Made by a program: the position numbers and the translations under genes
The notes under the pieces: model-generated
Seen by the model: the letters and a program-made list of their open reading frames with translations, nothing else
The model's database searches: none
Told to the model about the DNA's origin: nothing
Assembly (NCBI RefSeq): GCF_023055435.1
Contig: NW_025964223.1
Span: 60,388,001-60,452,000 of the forward strand
Length of the DNA stretch: 64,000 nt
Direction: 5' to 3'
From: Haliotis rufescens
Taxonomy: Eukaryota
In this document: one piece after another, positions 53,501-64,000 of the stretch
Layout of the letters: each line of letters opens with the position of its first letter
How positions within the stretch are numbered: the first letter of the stretch is position 1

Positions 53501-56500
53501 AAACCCGTGCTCATGGGTTTCACCGAAGTGGTAAACATCTGAGACCTGCATCACTTGGGGCTTTCCTCCAACATTAAGCTGACATGCCGTGATATAGCTG
53601 GAATACTGTTAAAAGCCATGTTAAACCCAACTCACTCACTCACTCATTGCATACAAATGCTTTTCCCTCGTCATGCTGGTGAACATTGGTCTTCTTCTCA
53701 TTCCCAAATTTGAAAATTGTGATATTTTGCAAAGTGACGTGCATAATTTTTATGTACTGTTTATCAATGAATGCATAAGGTTGAGTGAGTGAGTGAGTTG
53801 GGTTTAAAGCAGCTCTGAACAGTATTCCTGTTATATCGTGGCGTGTCAGCTTGATGTGGGAGGAAAGCCCGAAGTGATGTAGGTCTCAGACGTTTACCAC
53901 TTTGGTGAAACCCATGAGCACAGGTATGGTGCTGACAAACCTAGAAACATAATTGGGCGAACAGCAATTCTAGCCCGAACCGCAATTCGAGCCCACAATC
54001 ATAGCTGTTTCTGGTGTGTCCAAGGGTGCAACTCTGGACAGCGAATTGCGGCGCCTTAGACGACTTGGCCACCCGTGCCCCCTAGTAGGCTCAGACCTGT
54101 AAATGATGAATTTTCAATATAATGAAGGAGAACGTATGTACCTATGTTACTCTGATTCAATATACGTTATTGTGAGTTTTCTTGTTGACTAGTTACATGT
54201 GATTAAGACTTCAGGGTAACAAATGACTTGATTGGTTGGTCAGCTTACAGAAACATTTTGAGGAGTGCCTGTAGCTTAGCGGATTTTAAGGGATATTTCT
54301 GATGGTCATTTTTTTATCAACAGCTATATTTAGTGATAAATGTTGATTAGATTATGACACAGCTAAGGGAGCATCCATTTAACTTGTAGTCAACGAACTA
54401 TTTAATTACTGAGCATCATCAAACAATCTTTTCATTTTCTGTATTAACACGAACAAATTGATGTTTGGGTATTTTCCACGACAATGTTTTTTTACCACTT
54501 CCAACACTATATGTTTAGTACATATTTCTGAACAAAATATTCATTTTAAAAATCGGCCCCATCATTGGCGCCCACCCCCAATAGAAATCGAATGGATGCA
54601 CCCTTATTGGACCTTGTCAAGGAAGTGAAGATAGATTCGTGTGTGTGTCGGAGCTGGTTCTGATGATTACGTGGTAACATGTCTGAATTTAGGATATAAT
54701 CATTTCAGGAGTTTGTGTTCAAATGTGTGCAGGCCCACCCAGACGGCCTATCAGCTGCCAGTCTACGACATGTCCGACCAAACAGGCGGGAAGTTGAGTG
54801 CATAACCTGTGCAGATGTGAGGTGACGTGGGTTAAATTATGGTCTTGGTGTGATGAAAGTGGAATATTTCAGAATATCTCAAAAGCTATGTTTGCAAACT
54901 GTTTGAAATAACTCCAATATGTCACTGGTCAGGCAGGACAAAACCTGTTTTGCTCCAACAGACATTAAATGTGACAGTAAGAAGAATTGGGTAGAGTAGA
55001 TATCACAAAAATCAATCAATATTTATTAAAAATATTCCGGTACTAAACAAAAAGGTTACGGATCATGAGTAATTTGGGGGATATTACTGATGAAATTGTG
55101 TGCTCTTCACTGCAAAAAACATACCCCTAAAAATATTCATGATCCCTGACCTTATTTGTTCAGACAACTCAAATGGCTTCTAGTTCATCTGAAAAATATT
55201 ACCGACCACAGTACAACGGTTGGTTGGTTGGTTTGTTGTTTAACGCCACACTCAGCAATATTCCAGCTATATGACGTCAGTCTGTAAATAATCGAGTCTG
55301 GACCAGCATCCAGTGATTAATATCATGAGCATCGATCCACGCAATTGGGATCGATGACATGCATCAACCAAGTAAGCGAGCCTGACCACCCGATCCCGTT
55401 AGTCGCCTTTTACGACAATCATAGTCACCATTTACGGCAGAATCTTCACCGGTCCACTGTACAACGGACAGTTTCTAATTGTGCAATCATGACTTTGTTT
55501 GACATATCGCGAGAGTACAGATATATGAACCAGGAAGGGTTTCCGGGTTAGAATTGTTCCCTAGCAACCTGTGCTGGTCATAGGAATTGACTTGTTTGGT
55601 TATGTTGTCCTATCCTGACTCCATAACTGGGTTACCTAGCCCAGACTTGATAATTTACAGGTCACCGTCATACGGCTGGGATATTGTGCACAAGTGCAGC
55701 ATTAAACACTTTACCTTTGTACTATTATCTTTTTTAAAACAGAAATATTTCCGCAGATCTCCAGTGCTCGTGTTTCCTTGTGAGTCGGGACATGTGATGT
55801 GCATTGAATGCTTCAAGTTCTATGGAATAACACAGCTGAGTGAACGCAGGTTCATTAAGCACCCCGAGTATGGGTACACCCTGCCTTGCCCAGGTCAGTA
55901 AAACATTCAGGGCAAGATACACCCTGCCTTGCCCAGGTCAGTAAACCATTCAGGTCAAGATACACCCTACCTTGCTCTTTGTCAGTAAAACATTCAGGGC
56001 AAGATACATCCTACCTTGCTCAGGTCAATAAACCATTCAGGTCAAGATACACCCTGCCTTGCCCAGGTCATTAAACCATTCAGGGCTAGATACACCCTGC
56101 CACACCTGGTCAGTAAAACATTCAGGTCAAGATACACCCTACCTTGCCCAGGTCAGTAAACCATTCAGGGCAAGATACACCCTGCCACACCTGGTCAGTA
56201 AAACATTCGGGAATAGATACATCCTACCTTGCTCTTTGTCAGTAAAACATTCAGGGCAAGATACACCCTGCCTTGCCCAGGTCAGTAAAACATTCAGGGC
56301 AAGATACACCCTACCTTGCCCAGGTCAGTAAAACATTCAGGGCAAGATACACCCTACCTTGCCCAGGTCAGTAAACCATTCAGGTCAAGATACACCCTGC
56401 CTTGCCCAGGTCAGTAAAACATTCAGGGCAAGATACACCCTGCCTTGCCCAGGTCAGTAAAACATTCAGGTCAAGATACACCCTGCCTTGCCCAGGTCAG

Positions 56501-59500
56501 TAAAACATTCAGGGCAAGATACACCCTGCCTTGCCCAGGTCAGTAAAACATTCAGGGCAAGATACACCCTACCTTGCCCAGGTCAGTAAACCATTCAGGT
56601 CAAGATACACCCTGCCTTGCCCAGGTCAGTAAAACATTCAGGGCAAGATACACCCTACCTTGCCCAGGTCAGTAAACCATTCAGGGCAAGATACACCCTG
56701 CCTTGCCCAGGTCAGTAAACCATTCAGGTCAAGATACACCCTGCCTTGCCCAGGTCAGTAAAACATTCAGGGCTAGATACACCCTGCCTTGCCCAGGTCA
56801 GTAAACCATTCAGGGCAAGATACACCCTGCCTTGCCCAGGTCAGTAAACCATTCAGGGCAAGATACACCCTGCCTTGCCCAGGTCAGTAAACCATTCAGG
56901 GCAAGATACACCCTGCCTTGCCCAGGTCAGTAAAACATTCAGGTCAAGATACACCCTGCCACACCTGGTCAGTAAAACATTCGGGAATAGATACATCCTA
57001 CCTTGCTCTTTGTCAGTAAAACATTCAGGGCTAGATACACCCTACCTTGCCCAGGTCAGTAAAACATTCAGGGCTAGATACACCCTGCCTCACCTGGTCA
57101 GTAAAACATTCAGGGCCCTGATGTTTCAGTAATTAGACATTTTCTTTTCTGGTATAAATCAAAAGCAGATAAATATGATCCTCTTTACAACTCCACATAA
57201 ATATCTGCAAGGTGTTGTATCAGACATGGTATTTTTCAGCTGGCTGTCCCAACTCAGTGATCCAGGAGAGCCACCATTTCCACCTTCTGGGAGATGTGCA
57301 GGTGAGAAGGGTTCACGTCACACAGGGGAGAGGGGCTCATGTCACACAGGGCAGAGGGGTTCACGTCATACAGGGGAGAGGGGTTCATGTCACACATGGG
57401 AGAGGGGTTCACGTCACACGGGGAGAGGGGTTCATGTCACATAGGGGAGAGGGGTTCATGTCACACATGGGAGAGGGGTTCACGTCACACAGGGGAGAGG
57501 GGTTCACGTCACACAGGGGAGAGGGGTTCATGTCACACAGGGGAGAGGGGTTCACGTCACACAGGGGAGAGGGGTTCATGTCACACAGGTGACAGGGGTT
57601 CACGTCACACAGGGTAGAGGGGTTCATGTCACACAGTGGAGAGGGGTTCACATCACACAGGGGAGAGGGGCTCACGTCATACAGGGGAGAGGGGTTCACG
57701 TCACACGAGTGAGAGGGGTTCACATCAAACAGGTGAGAGGGGTTCAAATCACACAGGTGAGAGGGGTTCATGTCACACAGGTGACAGGGGTTCGCGTCAC
57801 TCGGGTGAGAGGGGTTCACATCACACAGGTGAGAGGGGTTCATGTCACACAGGTGAGAGGGGTTCGCGTCACTCGGGTGAGAGGGGTTCACATCACACAG
57901 GTGGGAGGGGTTCACATCACAGGTGAAAGGGGTTCATTTCACACAGGTGACTGGGGTTCATGTCACACAGGTGAGAGGTGTTCATGTCACCCAGGTGAGA
58001 GGGGTTCACATCACACAGGTGAGAGGGGTTCACGTCACACAGGCGAGAGGGGTTCACATTACACAGGTGAGAGGGGTTCACATCACAGGTGAGAGGGGTT
58101 CATATCACACAGGTGAGAGGGGTTTACATCACAGGTGAGAGGGGTTCACATCACACAGGTGAGAGGGGTTCAAATCACACAGGTGAGAGGGGTTCACATC
58201 ACGCAGGTGAGAGGGGTTCATATCACAGGTGAGAGGGGTTCAGATCACAGGTGAGAGGTGTTCACATCACACAGGTGAGAGGGGTTCACATCACACAGGT
58301 GATAGGGGTTCAAATCACACAGGTGAGAGGGGTTCATGTCACACAGGTGAGAGGTATTCACATCACACAGGTGAGAGGGGTTCACATCACACAGGTGAGA
58401 GGGGTTCACATCACGCAGGTGAGAGGGGTTCATATCACAGGTGAGAGGGGTTCAGATCACAGGTGAGAGGGGTTCCCGTCACACAGGTGATAGGGGTTCA
58501 CATAACACAGGTGAGAGGGGTTCACATCACACAGGTGAGAGGGGTTCAAATCACACAGGTGAGAGGGGTTCACGTCACACAGGTGAGAGGGGTTCACATC
58601 ACATAGGTGAGAGGGGTTCAGATCACACAGGTGAGAGGGGTTCATGTCACACAGGTGAGAGTGGTTGACACACACAGGTGAGAGGGGTTCATGTCACAGG
58701 TGAGAGGGGTTCATGTCACAGGTGAGAGGGGTTCAAATCACACAGGTGAGAGGGGTTCACGTCACACAGGTGAGAGGTGTTCACATCACACAGGTGAGAG
58801 GGGTTCAAATCACACAGGTGAGAGGGGTTCATGTCACAGGTGAGAGTGGTTGACACACACAGGTGAGAGGGGTTCAAATCACACAGGTGAGAGGGGTTCA
58901 TGTCACACAGGTGAGAGTGGTTGACACACACAGGTGAGAGAGGTTCATGTCACAGGTGAGAGGGGTTCATGTCACAAAGGTGAGAGGGGTTCATGTCACA
59001 CAGGTGAGAGTGGTTGACACACACAGGGGAGAGGGGTTCAAATCACACAGGGGAGAGGGGTTCACATCACACAGGTGAGAGGGGTTCAAATCACACAGGT
59101 GAGAGGGGGTACACTGAAGATAACTAATTATGGTGTAAAATTTTCCCCTTTTCAAACTATGAACCAACAAGTGAGTGAATAAATGTTGTTCATTGCCACA
59201 GGCATTGTAGATAGTAGGGTCTGGACCAGGAAAACCAGCGACACACACTCAGGAAAGTCACAGAGCCTGAGCCCCTGATCCAAAGTTTAGTCATGTCAAA
59301 AAAGCAAGAGGTACTTGGGACATATTCATACCCAAAAACTCTCAGGAAAGACAGGCATGGTTTACTGGTGACCTATTCTAACCCAGAATCCTCTCAGAGA
59401 AATGGGGAAGAAATTAAATCATGTAATTCCACCAATATCAGCTTGTGAAAATGTATTATGTGGTGTTGCAGTATGAGCGGTTCAACACGTTCGCAGCCGA

Positions 59501-62238
59501 GGAGTATGTGTTACAAGATGGCGGCGTGCTGTGCCCGGGACCAGGATGTGGGATGGGATTCGTCCTTGACGCAGCAGGGAGAAAAGTCACCTGTGTTGCC
59601 AAAGACTGTATGGTAAGAATAATTGTGTCCTTCTGATTGGTTATTAAGAAATTTTAGATCAACTGTTTTCATGCATAGGTAACAGGTGTTGCAAAATGTC
59701 TGCCTAACAACAGTGGCATTGGCCAGGAGTTGTCTGACCTTTATACGATCAGTAGGCAAAATATTCTTATAGGCTCTGTCGTGGACAGTACACTTATTCA
59801 GGAACTTTTCGTAAGCTGACTGTTTATCAGCCTCCCACAAGTGTGACATGGGGTGGTGGAGTAGCCTAGTGGCGAAAGCGTTGGCTCGTCATGCCGAAGA
59901 CCGGGTTCGATTCCCCACAATGTGTATAGACCATATTCCAGTGTCCCCCGCCGTGATATTGCTGGAATATTGTCAAAAGCGACATAAATCCATACTCACT
60001 CACTAGTGTGATATGGGTACAATGTGTGAAGCCCATTAAGGCCCTCTGGTGGCCCCTGCCATATTGCTAGCATACTGCTACATCTCTCATCACTAATGTT
60101 ACAGGGGCGGTCAGGTAGCCTAGTGGTTAAAGCGTTCGCTCGTCACGCCGACGACCCGGGTTCGATTCCCGACATGGGTACAATGTGTGAAGCCCATTTC
60201 CGGTGTCCCCCGCCGTGATGTTGCTGGAATATTGCTAAAATCGGCGTAAAACAATTCTCACTCACTCACTCACTAATGTTACAGATGACATTTTGTCGTG
60301 ACTGCAAGAATGAGTACCATGATGGCCCCTGTGATGTCAATCCTCTCCTCCAACTTCCGACTCTGGTAAGTGACGAAGATGCTGCCAGTGACAGGATGCT
60401 GTATATTTTAGGAACTTAGGGCAACCTTTAAAATGGCTGTGTTTAACCCTGTTCAGATGTGTGTTCAACACAGATACACTGAGAGCCGTGTGAGATCAGG
60501 CATAAAAAGGTCTTGTGTTAGTTTTAATTATTCAGTCCTTGTTTGGATTCAAGTAGAGCTGTTGACATGTACTGTACGGTACAATGTGAATCTTAATAAT
60601 AATTATGATAATGGACATTTCTACTGCGCCATATTCATGCATGAGTGCCTGCTCAGGCTACATATAACATGATAGCAAAGGTAACGAGTGGGAATTAGAA
60701 GTAGTGACGCAGAGAAGGGTTTCCAGGACTGATTTTTAAGACCAGGGAGGAGATTGCTAGATGCAATATCTTGACAGTAAGGCTGCCACATGATACACAG
60801 TACATGATAGACAAGGTCTTCAGCAGTCGCTGCTTGTCATAAGTGGCGACTATGCTTGCCATAAGAGGCTACTAACAGGATCGTTTGGTCAGGCTCGCTG
60901 ACTTGGTTGATGCATGTCATCGTATCCGAATTGCATGGATCGATGCTCATGATGTCAATCACTGGATTGTCTGGTCCAGACTCAATTATTTACAGACCGC
61001 CGTCACATAGCTGGAATATTGCTGAGTGCGCGTTAAACAACAAACTTGTGTGAGGACTTCCTGCTGTGTTGTAAGTGTGGTGTTACTGGCTATGGTGTAG
61101 AGAGCTGGTTCAGTGTTTGTGTGGTGCCTGTCTCCCCAGGACTACTCCGTGGACCCGCTCCAGGCCGACCGGTCCCGGTGGGAGGACCAGTCCCGGTCCC
61201 TGATAGACCGCACCACCAAGCCCTGCCCCAAGTGTGGCACCAGGACAGAGAGAAACGGTCAGTAAGGAACCCAGAGGAGTCTACATATACATATGTATCA
61301 ATAAACCAAGTCTTAAGTAATCCATATTGGCACCCCAATGGCATGTCATATTTTAAAGGGACCAAAATTTAATGGCCTTGTTTGGGTTGCTTACCTATCC
61401 CATAAGCCCCCTGGAATATATCTTCTGGAGGAAGTGGTCAACATCTCATCGTTGTGAGGTAACTATATTATTAGTGGTATGCAAGAAGGGCCACAAGAGT
61501 TATGCCCCTTTGTAAACAGATGTTGAGCTCCTTCCCAGCACGTGACACCTTCGTTACACTCTCGGTAACCACCAGTGTGGGTGTGGCCATTACAAGAATC
61601 TTGAAAACAATTGCCCCATAACCCCAAATGTAGTAATGTTCATACTTTTGTTTATGTCTTTGGCAATGTCATCATAGTAAATTTTGAAAGGGTTCACGAC
61701 TGATTTTATTTCCTAGATGAATTAAACTTTTTGTTTGTTTGATTGGTTTGGTTCGAGATTACAGACGAACGAGAATCAACCAACTTCCCCCTTACATTCT
61801 TACTATGTCAACTACATGATAATTGTAATGAAATAGAAATTCAAATTGACAAACAAATACATCAGTTTGCTAACAGTCATCAAAACAGTTAGTCGACTGA
61901 GAGTTCAACTCCAAGCATGGTTGTGGCCACCTATCACAGTGGGGAGCTTTTTCGGTGGCAGCGATTGTATAGAGAGCTCTGCAAATGGGATATAGCTGTG
62001 AGGAGCATGACCGACGCACACAGTGTAGAAACTGGAGTAGGACCACAGTCACACTTGCCCCACGCCAACATGTTGACCTAATAATGACTGACGCACTCAC
62101 GCACTCACGCTCTCACTCACTCACTCTGTTCCAGGCGGCTGTATGCACATGCTGTGTCCACGGTGTGGGGAGGACTGGTGCTGGGTGTGCGAAAAGGTTT
62201 GGGACCGAGACTGTCAAGGCCAGCATTGGTTTGGATAA
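47545..62238 (+). CDS. PRKN: E3 ubiquitin ligase parkin (Ubl-RING0-RING1-IBR-REP-RING2); exons 47545..47718, 49724..49802, 51487..51611, 52996..53079, 54709..54821, 55757..55893, 57240..57301, 59472..59612, 60285..60365, 61140..61257, 62135..62238
   Basis: Ubl with DQSTLH (Ser65 equivalent), [81 protein letters not shown], catalytic NGGCMHM, terminal HWFG*. An upstream non-coding exon cannot be excluded. Confidence 0.96.
48750..49010 (-). mobile_element. SINE-like family 2 (~260 bp; copies at ~413-607, 5460-5684, 15519-15783, 22810-22975, 23225-23445, 28475-28708, 36765-36995, 55218-55455, 60815-61045)
   Basis: Recurrent core GCTTGTCGTAA.AGGCGACTAACGGGATCGGGTGGTCAGG and (AAAC)n tail. Confidence 0.8.
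50168..50316. repeat. Long near-perfect palindrome (~68-bp arms)
   Basis: ...GAAACTCGTGAATAGTTGTGGTATCTGAC-tcgctttcgctc-GTCAGATACCACAACTATTCACGAGTTTC... Confidence 0.9.
50911..51490. repeat. 28-bp minisatellite x~20 ending in the parkin exon 3 acceptor (two more units at ~50101-50165)
   Basis: Unit TTGCAGCAGGGTAATATTGTGTTTTATC. Confidence 0.95.
55875..57115. repeat. 43-bp minisatellite x~29 starting inside parkin exon 6
   Basis: Unit TACACCCTGCCTTGCCCAG|GTCAGTAAAACATTCAGGGCAAGA. Confidence 0.96.
57299..59110. repeat. 24-bp minisatellite x~75 starting at the parkin exon 7 donor
   Basis: Unit CAG|GTGAGAGGGGTTCA(C/T)(A/G)TCACA, with some 22-bp variants. Confidence 0.96.
60105..60270 (+). mobile_element. 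tRNA-derived SINE, family 1, inserted at a parkin splice acceptor
   Basis: TSD CACTAATGTTACAG at 60091-60104 and 60271-60284. Confidence 0.9.
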
Positions 62239-64000
62239 TGTCCGAATCCTCCCACGTAGTAAATAGAATAATATGCACCTGAAGTTAAACACCAAGCTGC
62301 CTTAGTGTTCCCCAGACTTCCATCATTGGAAAATATGTAAATATGTATAAATGATGTTGATCTCATGTTGTTTAATGCCTAAGATACCCCAGAGATCGTG
62401 GACACAGGAGTACAAGAAAACTATTCCCATCAGACATTTGGACCAATCTCTTGAGACCTACAGCAGGTACCCGGGTAGAGTAATGAGGGGGGGTACCAGC
62501 CCTAGGTCAATTCCAGACGGTTTGCTGGCAACTACGACCTGCTTGATAATGGTAATGGACAATCTCCAGATTTACAATAATTGTCCACCAAATCCAATCC
62601 AAGAGAACTGTTTGTGTGTGCGTATATTTAGATAAGTTCATTTGATAATGGTTTTGCTGTTAGTTAGATATTTGCTGTAAGCTTCATTAGGCTTGATGTA
62701 GGATAGAACTGGTTGTATATCGGTTCTACTCAGTAGGGTGATCAAAGATCTACCAGGTAATTGTTTTTGATTTAATGACCTACAATGTGTCTACCTGTAG
62801 TTATAAATCTGGAAATGTAATGGCCATCTTTAGAAAGTTCTAAGAGTATTTTGGTTTCTTCTTGAGTGAGTGAGTTGGGTTTAAGTCTTATTTGGGCCAA
62901 ATATATTTTGGTTATGTCAAGATGTGTCAGCCTAGAGGGTGCAAGTAGCCTGAAATGATGCAGGTGATTGATGTCTACCACTGATGAAAGCACCTGACCT
63001 TTCTACTGCTGACATATTGTTGTGCCACCATGCCCTCTGCTTCTTCCTGACATCCATTTCTAACATAATCATATAATTGAATAAGCCTAAAATGTTGAGA
63101 GTTTTCAATATTTCGTTACTAACTATAGCATGCAGTGGTGCATATTATATGAAAGCGAATTCATAACAGTATTGGTAAAAGCTGGACATGCTGACCCCCC
63201 CACCCCCCGATTATTATAATGGTTGCCTCCTTAATAACAGTAAAATGTTTTGAGCTAAGGGTATTTTCATTTGCATGCTTAAATATGTGATTTGATTTCT
63301 CTAAACAATGGCAAATATGTATTATTGTATGATAAAATCGATTGTGTTACTTGGATTGTAAATTGAGCTTTACCAGAACACTTTTGTTGTGAGGAAAACA
63401 ACATTTTAAACTCCACTGGTAAGTTGGTCAACAGTGGTCTACATGTTTTCACATTTTTATTGTCAGTTTACTTGGAAGTAGTTCGAATTTTGAGTGAACT
63501 AGAAAAATGACAAATTTGATGTGACGTTTTGAATGTGGATGATCTACATCGTAACCAATGGAATAATGCTGGAATTGAATTTTGAGTGACGGTACATTTC
63601 CAGTGGACTTTGCTTGTACCTTGGCCTCTAAAGTCAGGGCTTTGTGTGTTATGGTGTGCTGTATGTTATATATACTGTTGTTGATTTTATACAAGAAGAT
63701 ATCCTTTGATTGATGAAGATGAAATAAACTATTTTATTTTTCATTTGTTCTTTCAGATTACATACACTCTATTTACCGTATGTGTGGAGTGTTCAGTAAT
63801 CTATGCCATGCTTCCAGTCTTGTTTGTAGGTGTATTGACTGAAACACCTCTCCTTTTTGTTTTTAAGTGTTGTTATTAAATACACCTACACTTCTCATTT
63901 GGCTAAGTTAAGACTATCAATGTAACTTATTACTTACAATTGTCTACAGGAAGTCCAATGAAAGCCAAGAGAACATTGACATTTACCCAGCTGGATATGA

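Noticed and set aside
57175-58931. His/Gly/Arg- or Cys-rich repetitive ORFs ([16 protein letters not shown])
   Set aside because: They are translations of the 24-bp intronic minisatellite, open in several frames on both strands.
62351-63694. Short ORFs downstream of parkin
   Set aside because: No recognisable motifs; most likely 3' UTR or intergenic sequence.

Overview
Animal genomic DNA (intron-rich and SINE-rich; probably a gastropod mollusc, inferred from repeat style only). Left to right it holds three CYP2-clan cytochrome P450 paralogs (a partial + copy, a complete + copy with a 7.3-kb TE-filled intron 1, and an inverted - copy), then RPL13A (-, 7 coding exons, 203 aa), ISCU (-, 5 coding exons) and, head-to-head with it, PRKN/parkin (+, 11 coding exons). 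Exon coordinates were read by hand from splice sites and translation. There are two unusual systems. (1) RPL13A introns carry an expanded array of 13 box C/D snoRNA candidates, ten of them in one 5.7-kb intron: eight SNORD33-type (seven with an apparent second, SNORD48-like guide), three SNORD34-type, and two of a variant predicted to shift the target by 4 nt. (2) Three parkin minisatellites (28, 43 and 24 bp units) each have a splice site as part of the repeat unit, giving dozens of decoy donors and acceptors; the 11 copies nearest one true donor have all lost the GT. Also present are a decayed LINE with a 2A-like DAETNPGP motif upstream of ORF1, Tc1 and possible Penelope-like remnants, MITEs and four SINE-like families. 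All family and target assignments come from recalled sequences and motifs, not from database searches.
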